IMG/VR virus record: IMGVR_UViG_3300022074_000059
Location: 1-53,380 of that record
Origin: a virus
Taxonomy: Duplodnaviria > Caudoviricetes
Direction: 5' to 3' (one strand)
Length of the DNA: 53,380 nucleotides
In this document: in pieces, positions 36,997 to 46,738 of the stretch
How the letters are laid out: every line of letters starts with the position of its first letter
How positions within the stretch are numbered: position 1 is the first letter of the stretch
The notes under the pieces: model-generated
What the model saw: only the letters and a program-made list of their open reading frames with translations
The model's database searches: none
What the model was told of the DNA's origin: nothing
Program-made: the position numbers and the translations under genes

Positions 36997-39365
36997 TGGC
37001 AATTAACCCACGGCCTAGCAATATTGATCGCAGTTTACTACAAGCCCCTAATGATACAGTTAGCGAGTTAGAAGAGAACCTCCTTGCTGATGATATTTCT
37101 ATAGAGATAGAACCTGATGATGAAGGTGGTGCTGAGGTAGTTTTTGGTGAAGATGATGACCTTGGTGAGCCAGAAAATTTTTATGATAATTTAGCAGAAT
37201 TCGTTAGTGATGAAACATTAGCAGATGTAGCTAGTTATGTAAGCCAATCAGTAGATGATGATAAATCTAGCCGTGAAGATTGGGTAGATACATATACAAA
37301 AGGTTTAGAATTGTTGGGTTTAAAGTATGAGTCCCGCACAGAACCGTTTGATGGTGCTACAGGTGTTATCCACCCAATATTAAATGAAGCTGTAACTCAA
37401 TTTCAGGCTGGTGCGTATAAAGAGATGTTGCCAAGTGGCGGTCCTGTGCGCGGTAATATTGTAGGTATAGCTACCCCTGAAGTAGAAGCCCAAGCTCAGC
37501 GCGTCCAAGATTACATGAATTATAAAATTATGTATGAGATGGAAGAGTACGAACCTGAGTATGACCAGATGCTGTATTATTTGGGTTTAAGTGGTAGTGC
37601 ATTTAAGAAAATTTACCGCGATGATGTATTAGGTCGGCCAGTAAGTAAATTTGTACCAGCTGAAGATGTTGTTGCACCTTATACAGCAACTGACTTAGCT
37701 TCAGCAGAACGAATCACACATATACTCCGTATGTCTAGTAATGAGTTACGCAAACTCCAAGTAAATGGTTTTTACCGTGATTTAGATATTATGGAGGATA
37801 GCGAGCGTGGCGAAGATGAAGTAAAGGATGCTTATGATAAGCTAGAAGGGCGTTCTTCTACTGGTGATACAGATGAAGCTACTTTGTATGAGTGCCATTG
37901 TTATTTAGATATTGAAGAATACCCAGATGTTGGCGAAGATAATGAAGAAACAGGGATAAAACTGCCATATATTGTCACAATTAGTGCTGATAGTGAAGAA
38001 GTTTTATCTATTCGTAGAAATTATGACCAAAATGACCCGATGAAGAAGAAAATTCCTCATTTTGTTCAATATAAATTCACTCCTGGACTTGGTTTTTATG
38101 GTTTTGGCTTAATTCATCTGCTCGGAAATTTGAGCCGCACGGCTACAGCTAATTTGCGCCAGCTTATTGATTCTGGAACGCTTAGTAATATGCCAGCGGG
38201 ATTTAAAGCTCGCGGTTTACGGATAGCAGACGAACAAACACCGATTCATCCAGGAGAATTTAGGGATATTGATATTCCTGGAGGTGATATTCGCACAAGT
38301 TTGATGGCTTTACCGTATAAAGAGCCTTCTGGAACGCTTTTTCAGCTTATGGGCTTTGTTATTGAATCTGCCCAGCGGTTTATTGGCACTACAGATATAG
38401 GAGTAGGTGATGGCAGACAAGAAATGCCTGTTGGTACTACTATTGCGTTGCTGGAACGTGGCGCAAAAATCATTAGCGCGGTACATAAACGCCTCCATGC
38501 CAGTTTAAAACAAGAATTAAAGATGTTAGGGCGGCTTTTTGCTGAAGATCCTGCCCCATATCCTTACGAAGTTGGTGAAGATGCCCAGATAAAATCAGCA
38601 GATTTTGATAATAGGGTAGATATTGTCCCTGTAAGTGATCCAAACATCTTTAGTATGTCCCAAAGAGTAGTTTTAGCTCAAGAACAGTTAAAATTGGCTA
38701 CTGCCGCACCCGAAATGCACAATATGCACGAGGCTTATCGGCGGGTTTATGCGGCTTTAGGTGTAGATAATATCGAACAAATTTTAAAACCTGAGCCACA
38801 ACCTCAGCAAATGGATCCTGCAACAGAAAACCAGTTTGCTAGTCAGGCGGCAGGGGGGCAGGGTAAATTGCAATCTTTCCCCGAACAAGACCATGATGCC
38901 CATATTGCTGTGCATATGGCTTATATGAATAGTAGGGTGGCACAAATGCAACCACCTATTTTGTTGACCTTAGAAAAACATATTTATGAGCATATTGGTA
39001 TGAAAGCTCAAGTTATGTTCCAGCAACAAATGCAAGCTGACCCGAATATGCAACAACAACCACCAGAAGCTCAAGCGGCGGTAGTAGCCCAGATGCAAGC
39101 ACAGCTTATGGCTGAGTTCCAGCAAAAAATGCCACCACAACCCCAAGGTGATCCACTGGTAGAAATTAAAAAGCAAGAGTTAGCGTTGCGTGAACAAGAA
39201 ATGCAGATGGATAACCAGACTGACCAGCAAAAAATGCAGTTAGATGCACAATTCCGTCAAGAAAATGTAGATATTGCTCGTGAGCGTATAGGTTCTACAG
39301 AAGATATAGCTCAAATGCGAGCGCAAATTGCTCGTGAAAGACAACAACAGAATAGGAGTGGCTAA
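36996..39365 (+). CDS. Portal protein
   Basis: Follows TerL; HPILNEAVTQFQA, GSAFKKIY, PGLGFYGFG, PVGTTIALLE; Q-rich coiled-coil barrel at C-terminus. Confidence 0.9.
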   Translation: MAINPRPSNIDRSLLQAPNDTVSELEENLLADDISIEIEPDDEGGAEVVFGEDDDLGEPENFYDNLAEFVSDETLADVASYVSQSVDDDKSSREDWVDTYTKGLELLGLKYESRTEPFDGATGVIHPILNEAVTQFQAGAYKEMLPSGGPVRGNIVGIATPEVEAQAQRVQDYMNYKIMYEMEEYEPEYDQMLYYLGLSGSAFKKIYRDDVLGRPVSKFVPAEDVVAPYTATDLASAERITHILRMSSNELRKLQVNGFYRDLDIMEDSERGEDEVKDAYDKLEGRSSTGDTDEATLYECHCYLDIEEYPDVGEDNEETGIKLPYIVTISADSEEVLSIRRNYDQNDPMKKKIPHFVQYKFTPGLGFYGFGLIHLLGNLSRTATANLRQLIDSGTLSNMPAGFKARGLRIADEQTPIHPGEFRDIDIPGGDIRTSLMALPYKEPSGTLFQLMGFVIESAQRFIGTTDIGVGDGRQEMPVGTTIALLERGAKIISAVHKRLHASLKQELKMLGRLFAEDPAPYPYEVGEDAQIKSADFDNRVDIVPVSDPNIFSMSQRVVLAQEQLKLATAAPEMHNMHEAYRRVYAALGVDNIEQILKPEPQPQQMDPATENQFASQAAGGQGKLQSFPEQDHDAHIAVHMAYMNSRVAQMQPPILLTLEKHIYEHIGMKAQVMFQQQMQADPNMQQQPPEAQAAVVAQMQAQLMAEFQQKMPPQPQGDPLVEIKKQELALREQEMQMDNQTDQQKMQLDAQFRQENVDIARERIGSTEDIAQMRAQIARERQQQNRSG

Positions 39366-40084
39366 TGGCTGATCCTGGAGGTGGCGGTCCGGGAGGATCT
39401 GGTGGATCCTCTGGTGCTGGCGGTGGTGCTGGCGGTGGTGCTGGTGCTGGTGATGCTGGCGAAGAGGGCGGTGGCTACAGTGATGCTGATGTAGGTGTTG
39501 GCTACGGAGGGAGTAGTGGAAGCACTTCGGGTGGTCATGGGGGAACCGGACAAGGCCGACAAGATGGTCCCGGAAGTGTAACTGAAGGTAATCAATTTGG
39601 TGGAGGCCAAGGCACTGCTTCAGAAGCTGGGTTAATGGATGCTATTAACTCGGCGATTGCTCGAGGTGTAAACCCTTATTCTGACACTTTCAACAATGTT
39701 ATTGCGGCGGGGATGATAAGTGGCAAGTTTGGGAACCCTGCTAGTTTTGGTATTGGCAATGTTGATATGGAATCCCCTGAGGTTGCTGGGTTTGTAGATC
39801 AATACAGCGGGCAAAATATTGGAGAAAAAGCATTAGGTGCGTTTGGTTACAATACGAATAAAAGTATTGGGCAAAATATTTTTGATACGATTACTCCAGG
39901 AAAACAAACGCCATTAGGTATAATATCAGCAGTTCCTAGTATGCTTGGTATGAATCCCGCGACACAATTAGGGATAACAGCCGCTAATAAGGCTTTAGGG
40001 ATAATGGGTATTGGTGTTGAAAAAGATACTACAATGTCTTCCATTCAAGACACTATAAACGATATGAACAGTAAGTTATATTAG
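39365..40084 (+). CDS. Gly-rich hypothetical protein, possibly internal to the virion
   Basis: AGGAG RBS, TAATG coupling, low-complexity Gly/Ser N-terminus. Confidence 0.6.
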   Translation: MADPGGGGPGGSGGSSGAGGGAGGGAGAGDAGEEGGGYSDADVGVGYGGSSGSTSGGHGGTGQGRQDGPGSVTEGNQFGGGQGTASEAGLMDAINSAIARGVNPYSDTFNNVIAAGMISGKFGNPASFGIGNVDMESPEVAGFVDQYSGQNIGEKALGAFGYNTNKSIGQNIFDTITPGKQTPLGIISAVPSMLGMNPATQLGITAANKALGIMGIGVEKDTTMSSIQDTINDMNSKLY

Positions 40085-40093
40085 GAGAGAGTA

Positions 40094-40453
40094 ATGTCTA
40101 AAGATGAAGTAGAAGTAATTGAAGTAGATTCTGACCAAAAACTTCGTGAAATATTTTTTGAAGAAGGTTTTGACGATACAATGTCATTTGAAGAATTTAA
40201 ACAGCAAGGCCGTGGTACTCGCCGTAACCGTAAAAAAGGTTCACCTAAATCTGGTGAAGTTAAAGGGTTCCCTGATTTAACAGGTGATGGGAAAGTAACC
40301 CGCAAAGATATTTTAAAAGGCCAAGGCGTAAAAGGTTTTTCTGGTGGAGGAGAAGCACTTATGGATGCTACTAGCAACCGTGCAACAAATGGGGATATTT
40401 CCCGTGGCGGTGGTGCGGCATTGCGGGGTATTAAATTTAAAGGTGTGCGTTAG
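40094..40453 (+). CDS. Small basic virion-associated protein with EF-hand-like loop
   Basis: PDLTGDGKVTRKDI; RGGGAA.RG.KF.GV C-terminus. Confidence 0.6.
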   Translation: MSKDEVEVIEVDSDQKLREIFFEEGFDDTMSFEEFKQQGRGTRRNRKKGSPKSGEVKGFPDLTGDGKVTRKDILKGQGVKGFSGGGEALMDATSNRATNGDISRGGGAALRGIKFKGVR

Positions 40454-40794
40454 TGGCTCAAAAAAAGCTTCAAAAAGATAGTGCTTATCAGCATCTTGAT
40501 ACAAATAATGATGATACGCTTTGCGATGATGAAATTTCTATGGCTTTGGAATTTAAACGCAGAGAGTTAGAAGATGCTGATGCACGGCGCGACAGTATGC
40601 GATATATGACATGGTTTGCTTTATTTGGCACTCTAAACTACCCAGCCGCTATATTAATCACTTCAATGCTTGGTTATGAAAATGCGGCAAAAATGATTAC
40701 AGATATTGCGCCTACTTATTTTGTCGCAAACAGCGCACTCGTGGCGGCTTATTTTGGAGCAAATGCTTACGCAGATAAAAAGTCTAAAGAATGA
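40453..40794 (+). CDS. Membrane protein with EF-hand-like loop (2 TM)
   Basis: DTNNDDTLCDDE; two hydrophobic helices; AAYFG. Confidence 0.6.
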   Translation: MAQKKLQKDSAYQHLDTNNDDTLCDDEISMALEFKRRELEDADARRDSMRYMTWFALFGTLNYPAAILITSMLGYENAAKMITDIAPTYFVANSALVAAYFGANAYADKKSKE

Positions 40795-41003
40795 TCCATG
40801 CGTTTTTGTTGGTAGTTATATTGGGGGGTAAAGTGCAGAGTCAGGATATGTATTTTAGATCTGTTACAGATTGTAATTATTTTGCATCCCAGATAACTAA
40901 AAGATATGGTAATTATGGGAGTTTAAGTGGTGTCCCCGCTAAACACCGAGCAACAGCGTATTGCAAACCTGTTAAGGTAAATAAAAATACGGAACTTTAT
41001 TAG
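40791..41003 (+). CDS. Small secreted Cys-containing protein
   Basis: MIHAFLLVV signal-like start; C.YFA and AYC.P motifs. Confidence 0.55.
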   Translation: MIHAFLLVVILGGKVQSQDMYFRSVTDCNYFASQITKRYGNYGSLSGVPAKHRATAYCKPVKVNKNTELY

Positions 41004-41407
41004 TGGCGACCAAGATAAATGAGAACACTGAACTATCCATGCCCATACGCAACCTTATGGCGATGGTTATAGGGGCAGCCATCGGAACATGGGCGTATTT
41101 TGGTATTATTGAACGCCTGAATACGATTGAGAATAAATTTGTATTGATAGAAGCAGACTTAGGTCAAAACACGGAGTTTCGTATCAAATGGCCTAGAGGT
41201 GATATGGGTGTTCTGCCAGCCGATAGTGAACAGTATATGTTGATTGAGCATTTAGCAGAGCAGCTTGGAAAGCTCCAAGAACAGATTGATGAAGGCCGCG
41301 CACCACATGACCAGCAACAAAAGCTGACATTAGATTTTTATGAAAAGAGAATTACAAACATAGAAAGCCAAATAGAGAAGTTAAGGAATGGACGCAACAG
41401 TAATTAA
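41003..41407 (+). CDS. Membrane-anchored coiled-coil protein
   Basis: MPIRNL plus TM segment; NTEFRIKWPRG motif. Confidence 0.6.
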   Translation: MATKINENTELSMPIRNLMAMVIGAAIGTWAYFGIIERLNTIENKFVLIEADLGQNTEFRIKWPRGDMGVLPADSEQYMLIEHLAEQLGKLQEQIDEGRAPHDQQQKLTLDFYEKRITNIESQIEKLRNGRNSN

Positions 41408-41615
41408 AACTATGACGTTGATTTTATATATGAGCGGGGATGTCTCCGAGCATACTGCTTATGAACAGATTTCTAAATGTTTGAAAGCCAAGCGCACCAT
41501 TGAGCGTAATCTATACAAAAAGTCTACTTCCGTTCGGTATTCTTGTGAAAATAAGACAGTTGAGGTATCAAAGAACACAGATGGCACAAACTATATTGTA
41601 AGGATCATAGAATGA
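41388..41615 (+). CDS. Hypothetical protein
   Basis: EHT....S.CLK.KR...RN and Y.C motif. Confidence 0.55.
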   Translation: MDATVIKTMTLILYMSGDVSEHTAYEQISKCLKAKRTIERNLYKKSTSVRYSCENKTVEVSKNTDGTNYIVRIIE

Positions 41616-41989
41616 TACAGGCACTTATAGGACCCATAGCAAACCTAGCTGGTAGCTGGATGGAATCCAAAGTTGAGCAAACTAAAGCTAAAGGTGCGGT
41701 AGCTAAAGCTCGCGCTGAAGCAGAAGCACAGGTTATGGTTACAGCCGCGACACATGAAGCTGGCTGGGAAAAAATTATGGCACAGGCCAGTGATAATAGT
41801 TGGAAAGATGAAGCATGGACAATATTGTTTATTATTATCATAGCAATGTGTTTTATTCCATTTACGCAACCATATGTTCAAGAAGGCTTTGCGGCATTGT
41901 CTAATACACCAGAATGGTTTCAATGGGCGATGTATGCGAGTATTGGAGCATCCTTCGGTATTCGTGGATTAAAAGGGTTTAAAAAATGA
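41612..41989 (+). CDS. Putative holin
   Basis: SWKDE followed by TM helices, PEW.Q, ASFGIR; immediately upstream of lysozyme. Confidence 0.6.
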   Translation: MIQALIGPIANLAGSWMESKVEQTKAKGAVAKARAEAEAQVMVTAATHEAGWEKIMAQASDNSWKDEAWTILFIIIIAMCFIPFTQPYVQEGFAALSNTPEWFQWAMYASIGASFGIRGLKGFKK

Positions 41990-42438
41990 ATAAAGATAAA
42001 TTACGCGAAGAAATCGCAGAAGATGAGGGTTGTAAGTACGAAGTGTATTTAGACCACCTCGGTCTTCCGACTTGCGGTATAGGACATCTTATTAAAGAAA
42101 ACGACGAAGAGCATGGCAAGGCTGTTGGCACGGTTGTAGAACAAGAACGAGTAAAACAACTGTTTTCATTAGATATGGCTGTCACTGTTGATGAGTGCAA
42201 AGTATTGTACCCAGATTTTGATGAGCTACCTGAAGAATGCCAGCACATTATTGCAAATATGATGTTCAATATGGGCAGACCAAGACTCAGCAAATTTAAA
42301 GGAATGAAAGCTGGGGTAGATGCCCGTGATTGGAATAAGGCCGCAGATGAAATGGTTGATTCACGTTGGTATAAACAAGTTACTAATAGGGCTAGGCGGT
42401 TGGTAGATCGTATGAGGGAATTGTCTGATGTCGAATGA
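41986..42438 (+). CDS. Endolysin, T4-lysozyme-like (GH24)
   Basis: DEG...VY.DHLG.PT.GIGH (E-x8-D-x5-T), NM.FNMG, DSRWY.Q..RA.RL. Confidence 0.92.
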   Translation: MNKDKLREEIAEDEGCKYEVYLDHLGLPTCGIGHLIKENDEEHGKAVGTVVEQERVKQLFSLDMAVTVDECKVLYPDFDELPEECQHIIANMMFNMGRPRLSKFKGMKAGVDARDWNKAADEMVDSRWYKQVTNRARRLVDRMRELSDVE

Positions 42439-42628
42439 CCTTTACATCTATGAAAATATGCTTAAGATGATACGCGAACGGTCAAATTCAGTGCGTGAGA
42501 CTATTTGTCATGGTCCTGTGCCTGATTATACCGCCTTCAAGGAACTCCGAGCTAAACTCGGGGAGCTTGCTCAAACTGAACAGGATCTTAAAGACCTGCT
42601 AAATAAGGTATCAAAAATAGATGAGTAA
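42428..42628 (+). CDS. Conserved hypothetical protein upstream of GroES
   Basis: Short helical ORF overlapping both neighbours. Confidence 0.6.
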   Translation: MSNDLYIYENMLKMIRERSNSVRETICHGPVPDYTAFKELRAKLGELAQTEQDLKDLLNKVSKIDE

Positions 42629-43109
42629 AACACTTATAGTACCTGACTACATTGCAAAAAAGAGGGCAGAAGATAAAGCCCAGAACCCTAAAAAAGAAGG
42701 TGAACTAGAAAAAGCCTACGTTAAAAGCGAAGACCTTGTTCTAGACCCTGCAAAACTTTCTGAAAAAGCTATTGATAGATTGCCTCAACCTACAGGGTGG
42801 AGGATTTTGTTGTTGCCTTTTCAGGGTAAAAAACAAACAAAAGGAGGTATCCTCCTTGCTGATGAAACAGTTCAACGCGAAGCTGTAGGAACTGTTTGTG
42901 GATATGTTTTGCGAGTAGGTCCTTTAGCCTACCAAGATAATAATAAGTTTGGAGATGATGCAGAGCCTTGGTGTAAACAAGGTGATTGGGTTATTTTTGG
43001 ACGATACGCGGGTAGCCGTTTTAAAATCGAAGGTGGGGAAGTTCGCCTCCTCAATGATGATGAAGTATTAGCTCGTATTGCTAGCCCAGAAGATATCCTA
43101 CACATTTAA
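42621..43109 (+). CDS. groES: Co-chaperonin GroES-like
   Basis: P.GWRIL, TKGGILL, G.VL.VGP, GDWVIFGRYAG, RLLNDDEVLA. Confidence 0.88.
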   Translation: MSKTLIVPDYIAKKRAEDKAQNPKKEGELEKAYVKSEDLVLDPAKLSEKAIDRLPQPTGWRILLLPFQGKKQTKGGILLADETVQREAVGTVCGYVLRVGPLAYQDNNKFGDDAEPWCKQGDWVIFGRYAGSRFKIEGGEVRLLNDDEVLARIASPEDILHI

Positions 43110-43124
43110 CTCATGGAGTAATTC

Positions 43125-44006
43125 ATGCCTAAAGAAGCACAAAAAGAACTGTTTGAAGAAACAGAAGAGCTAGAAGTAGAGGTAGAAAATGAAACCGAAG
43201 CAGATAGCCAAGAACCCGCTGTAGAAGAACCTACAGCTCAAGAATCTTCTAGCGATGAGCTTGATAATTATAGCGATGGTGTTCAAAAACGTATTAGTAA
43301 GCTGACGGCTAAGATGCGAGAAGCTGAAAGACGTGAAAAAGCCGCTTTGGAATATGCACAGTCTGTCCAAAAACAGTTGGAAGAGTCTTCTCAACGTACT
43401 AAAGGGTTAGATGATTCTTTTGTAAATGAATTTGAAACAAGGGTCACTTACCAAGAAGAATCTCTACAGAATAAATTGCGGGATGCTATTGACAGAGGTG
43501 ATGTTGATGGTCAAGTAGAAGCTCAAAAAAATATGGCTAAATTAGCCCATGAAACAGAACGGCTAGCGTATGTTAAAAGACAACGTGAACAAGCCGCTGT
43601 AGCTCCCCAACCACAAGCAGTACAGCAACCTCAAGCCCCACAACCTACACCAGACCCTAAAGCCCAGCAATGGGCAGATAAAAATGAGTGGTTTGGCACA
43701 GATGAACCAATGACGTTGACTGCGTTTAGTATTCATAAAAAATTGGTAGAAGAAGAAGGGTTTGATCCCCAAAGTGATGAGTATTACCAAGAGCTTGATG
43801 ACCGCATTCAAAAAGATTTCCCGCATAAATTTGGCGGTAAAACAGCGCGGAGTTCTGGTCCAGCAGTAGCAGGGGCTAACAGAGGAGCTCAACGTTCTAA
43901 TAAAAAATCTGTAAAGTTAAGCGAATCTCAAGTTGCAATAGCTCGCAAACTTGGTATAACTAATGAACAGTATGCGAAGCAACTCCTTCGTATGCAGAAT
44001 TCGTGA
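43125..44006 (+). CDS. Capsid scaffolding protein
   Basis: Acidic coiled coil, VQKRISKLT, W..KNEWFG, KLSESQVAIARKLGI...YAK C-terminus. Confidence 0.7.
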   Translation: MPKEAQKELFEETEELEVEVENETEADSQEPAVEEPTAQESSSDELDNYSDGVQKRISKLTAKMREAERREKAALEYAQSVQKQLEESSQRTKGLDDSFVNEFETRVTYQEESLQNKLRDAIDRGDVDGQVEAQKNMAKLAHETERLAYVKRQREQAAVAPQPQAVQQPQAPQPTPDPKAQQWADKNEWFGTDEPMTLTAFSIHKKLVEEEGFDPQSDEYYQELDDRIQKDFPHKFGGKTARSSGPAVAGANRGAQRSNKKSVKLSESQVAIARKLGITNEQYAKQLLRMQNS

Positions 44007-44016
44007 GGAAGGTATT

Positions 44017-44475
44017 ATGACCGATAGAAGCCCACGCACTTCCCAAACAAGGGAAACAACAAGCCGCGCTAAACCGTGGCGACCCCCGTCTCAGTTAGAC
44101 GCCCCAAATCCTCCAGAAGGATTTGTTCATCGTTGGATCCGTGAATCAGTCATGGGCTACGATGATAAGAAAAACCTATCTGCTCGCCTACGCGAAGGCT
44201 TTGAATTAGTTCGCGCTGATGAGTACCCAGATTTTGAAGCACCTACAGTTCAGGATGGTAAACATGCTGGTGTGATTGGTGTAGGCGGTCTGGTGCTTGC
44301 AAGGTTCCCACTAGAAACAAAACAACAGCGCACGGACTACTATAGTCAGCAAACAGCTGATCAAATGAACGCTGTAGATAATGATCTTATGAGGGAACAA
44401 CATCCATCCATGCCTATTAGTAAACCTGATAGGCAATCTCGTGTAACCTTCGGTTCCAATAGTGGTTCCGAGTAA
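44017..44475 (+). CDS. Conserved head-module protein
   Basis: WRPPS.LDAP.PP.G..HRWIR, REG.ELVR, GVGGL.LAR. Confidence 0.7.
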   Translation: MTDRSPRTSQTRETTSRAKPWRPPSQLDAPNPPEGFVHRWIRESVMGYDDKKNLSARLREGFELVRADEYPDFEAPTVQDGKHAGVIGVGGLVLARFPLETKQQRTDYYSQQTADQMNAVDNDLMREQHPSMPISKPDRQSRVTFGSNSGSE

Positions 44476-44495
44476 TTTTTTAGGAGACTAAAATC

Positions 44496-45107
44496 ATGGC
44501 AAACATTGATTCGCCTTTTGGTTTGCGTCCTCATAACAAATTAGGGTCAGCACCGAACAGCAATGGGATGACACCTTACAAAGTACAAATCAATGGTGTA
44601 GCAGGATCTTCATCAGCCATCTATCAAGGTGATATGGTGATTCCTCTTACTAACGGTCTTGTAGACGTAAGTGCGGCAGACGGTGGTTCAGTGGCGATTC
44701 TAGGAGTTATGGCAGGGTGCGAATATATCGCTCTTGACGGTACACCTACTTTCTCTAACCATTATCCGGGAACTTCAACTTTGAAGTCTGGTACAGAAGC
44801 AACTGTATTTGTATACGATGATCCTACTCAAGTATACGAAGTACAATGTGATGCTACTTTGACTAACCTAGCTACGGCAACAGCTTTGATTCATTCAAAT
44901 GCTGAAGGCGCAGGGTTTGGTTCAGAAACGGCTAATGGAATTTCAAGTGGAGAGCTTTCTGTAGCTTCTGCTGGTGCAACTACAGCTACGGATAATTTCC
45001 GTATCATCGGCTTTAAAGATGTCGCTGATATTGATTATGCCGCCGCTGGTGTTGTTGCTCTAGTTAAGCTGAATCTTCCATTCCACCTCGCAACAACTGG
45101 TCTATAA
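44496..45107 (+). CDS. Capsid decoration / cement protein
   Basis: MAN.D.PFGLRP, I.QGD.V, V.DDP...EVQ; directly upstream of the major capsid gene. Confidence 0.6.
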   Translation: MANIDSPFGLRPHNKLGSAPNSNGMTPYKVQINGVAGSSSAIYQGDMVIPLTNGLVDVSAADGGSVAILGVMAGCEYIALDGTPTFSNHYPGTSTLKSGTEATVFVYDDPTQVYEVQCDATLTNLATATALIHSNAEGAGFGSETANGISSGELSVASAGATTATDNFRIIGFKDVADIDYAAAGVVALVKLNLPFHLATTGL

Positions 45108-45120
45108 GGAGTAATTAGAT

Positions 45121-46029
45121 ATGGCTATTGCAAGATCCCAACTCCTTAAAGAACTCGAGCCAGGACTTAATGCCCTGTTCGGATTGGAGTATGATCGGTA
45201 TGACAATGAGCATGCCGAAATCTACGAAACTGAATCTTCAGACCGTGCGTTTGAAGAAGAGGTTATGTTGTCAGGATTCGGAGCCGCACCTGTAAAAGGT
45301 GAGGGTCAGGCAGTTTCATTTGATACTGCAAACGAATCATTTACCGCTCGTTACACACACGAAACAATCGCTCTAGCGTTTGCGATTACTGAAGAGGCTG
45401 TAGAGGATAACCTTTATGACCGCTTGAGTTCTCGTTACACTCGTGCATTGGCTCGTTCTATGGCGAACACCAAGCAAGTAAAAGCGGCGGCTGTTCTAAA
45501 CAATGCGTTTAACAGTGCTGTGACTCTTGGTGATGGTAAAGAGCTTTGTGCAACTGACCACCCGACTAATGGTGGTGGTAATTTGCGTAACGAACTCAGC
45601 ACAGCGGCAGACCTTAACGAAACATCTTTGGAGCAGTCGCTAATTGATATTGCGGCCTTTATCGATGAGCGCGGTTTGAAAATTGCTCTACAGGGTCGTA
45701 AGTTGATTATTCCACCAGCACTTCAGTTTGTAGCTGAGCGTTTGATGGCTTCTAATCTTCGTCCTGGAACAGCAGATAACGACGTTAATGCAATGCGTAA
45801 TATGGGTATGCTACCTGACGGTTATGTGGTCAACCACTTCCTAACCGATACAGATGCGTTCTTCATTAAAACAGATGCACCTAACGGCTTTAAGCACTTT
45901 GAACGTGCGGCTATCAAAACTTCCATGGAAGGTGATTTTGATACAGGTAACGTCCGCTATAAAGCTCGTGAGCGTTATAGCTTTGGTGTTTCGGATCCGC
46001 GTTGTGTATTCGGTTCTCCTGGAGCCTAA
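45121..46029 (+). CDS. Major capsid protein
   Basis: MAI.R.QLLKELEPGLNALFGLEY, SDRAFEEEV, ITEEAVEDNLY, GDFDTGNVRYKARERY; strong terminator downstream. Confidence 0.92.
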   Translation: MAIARSQLLKELEPGLNALFGLEYDRYDNEHAEIYETESSDRAFEEEVMLSGFGAAPVKGEGQAVSFDTANESFTARYTHETIALAFAITEEAVEDNLYDRLSSRYTRALARSMANTKQVKAAAVLNNAFNSAVTLGDGKELCATDHPTNGGGNLRNELSTAADLNETSLEQSLIDIAAFIDERGLKIALQGRKLIIPPALQFVAERLMASNLRPGTADNDVNAMRNMGMLPDGYVVNHFLTDTDAFFIKTDAPNGFKHFERAAIKTSMEGDFDTGNVRYKARERYSFGVSDPRCVFGSPGA

Positions 46030-46043
46030 TAAATCAGATAATG

Positions 46044-46073
46044 AAAAGGGCGGCTTGCGAGCCGCCCTTTTTT
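46044..46073 (+). terminator. Rho-independent terminator after the capsid gene (A-run and T-run, possibly bidirectional)
   Basis: aaaagggcggct-tgcg-agccgcccttttt. Confidence 0.85.
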
Positions 46074-46135
46074 CGTTTATAGTTTTATAAATCCTGACAA
46101 CCACATTGGGTGGTTGACATTAGCCAAGACAGGAG
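46055..46135 (+). promoter_or_regulatory. Promoter TTGCGA-N17-TATAGT embedded in the terminator, plus structured leader
   Basis: Hexamers at 46055-46060 and 46078-46083; stems tcctg/cagga and caaccac/gtggttg enclose the AGGAG RBS. Confidence 0.5.
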
Positions 46136-46141
46136 ACTTAA

Positions 46142-46690
46142 ATGGCTACTACTACTTTTAACGGAGCGGTACGCTCTGAAAACGGCTTTAAAGTTATCAA
46201 TAAAAACGCGACAACAGGGGCAATCACTGAAACCTCATCTGTTGCTTCTACGGGTGTTTTTACCAATAAGTATATCAAACACGTTGGTTACGCTTCTGGT
46301 GTTACTGTAAACACCACAGCAGGGGATAGCCCCGCTATTGCTACATTTGTACAACCAGCGAACACGATCCTTACTAATATTAGAATCTTTTGTGATGTGG
46401 CTCCTGTTATTGGAACAGGTGATATCGGTTACGAAGTTGGTACATCTAGTTCTGGCGCACAGATTGTTGCGGCGGTTACTGATGAAATCCTTGATGGTGG
46501 TACAACCGTCGTTGTCGGTAATGTAACGACTACTACTTTGGTAGCAACGACACAAAGTGCGACTACTGCACCAGTTTCTCCGCAGTATACATCTGCCGCA
46601 AGGAATATTTTCTGCAACATCACCAATACGGTGGATGCCACAACAGCGGGTTCGTTTACCTTTATCATTGAGTATATTCAAATTGCTTAG
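46142..46690 (+). CDS. Virion structural protein (Thr-rich, beta-rich)
   Basis: MATTTF.G.VRSENGF N-terminus typical of the post-capsid gene. Confidence 0.65.
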   Translation: MATTTFNGAVRSENGFKVINKNATTGAITETSSVASTGVFTNKYIKHVGYASGVTVNTTAGDSPAIATFVQPANTILTNIRIFCDVAPVIGTGDIGYEVGTSSSGAQIVAAVTDEILDGGTTVVVGNVTTTTLVATTQSATTAPVSPQYTSAARNIFCNITNTVDATTAGSFTFIIEYIQIA

Positions 46691-46698
46691 TGTGCAAT

Positions 46699-46724
46699 AG
46701 AGAGGGGTTAGCCCCTCTCTTTTT
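46699..46724 (+). terminator. Rho-independent terminator
   Basis: agagagggg-ttag-cccctctct followed by T-run. Confidence 0.65.
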
Positions 46725-46738
46725 AAAAGGAGAATAAT

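Noticed and set aside
39410-39460. GGTGGTGCTGGC tandem repeats as a VNTR or phase-variation element
   Set aside because: Explained by Gly/Ala codons of the Gly-rich protein and in frame
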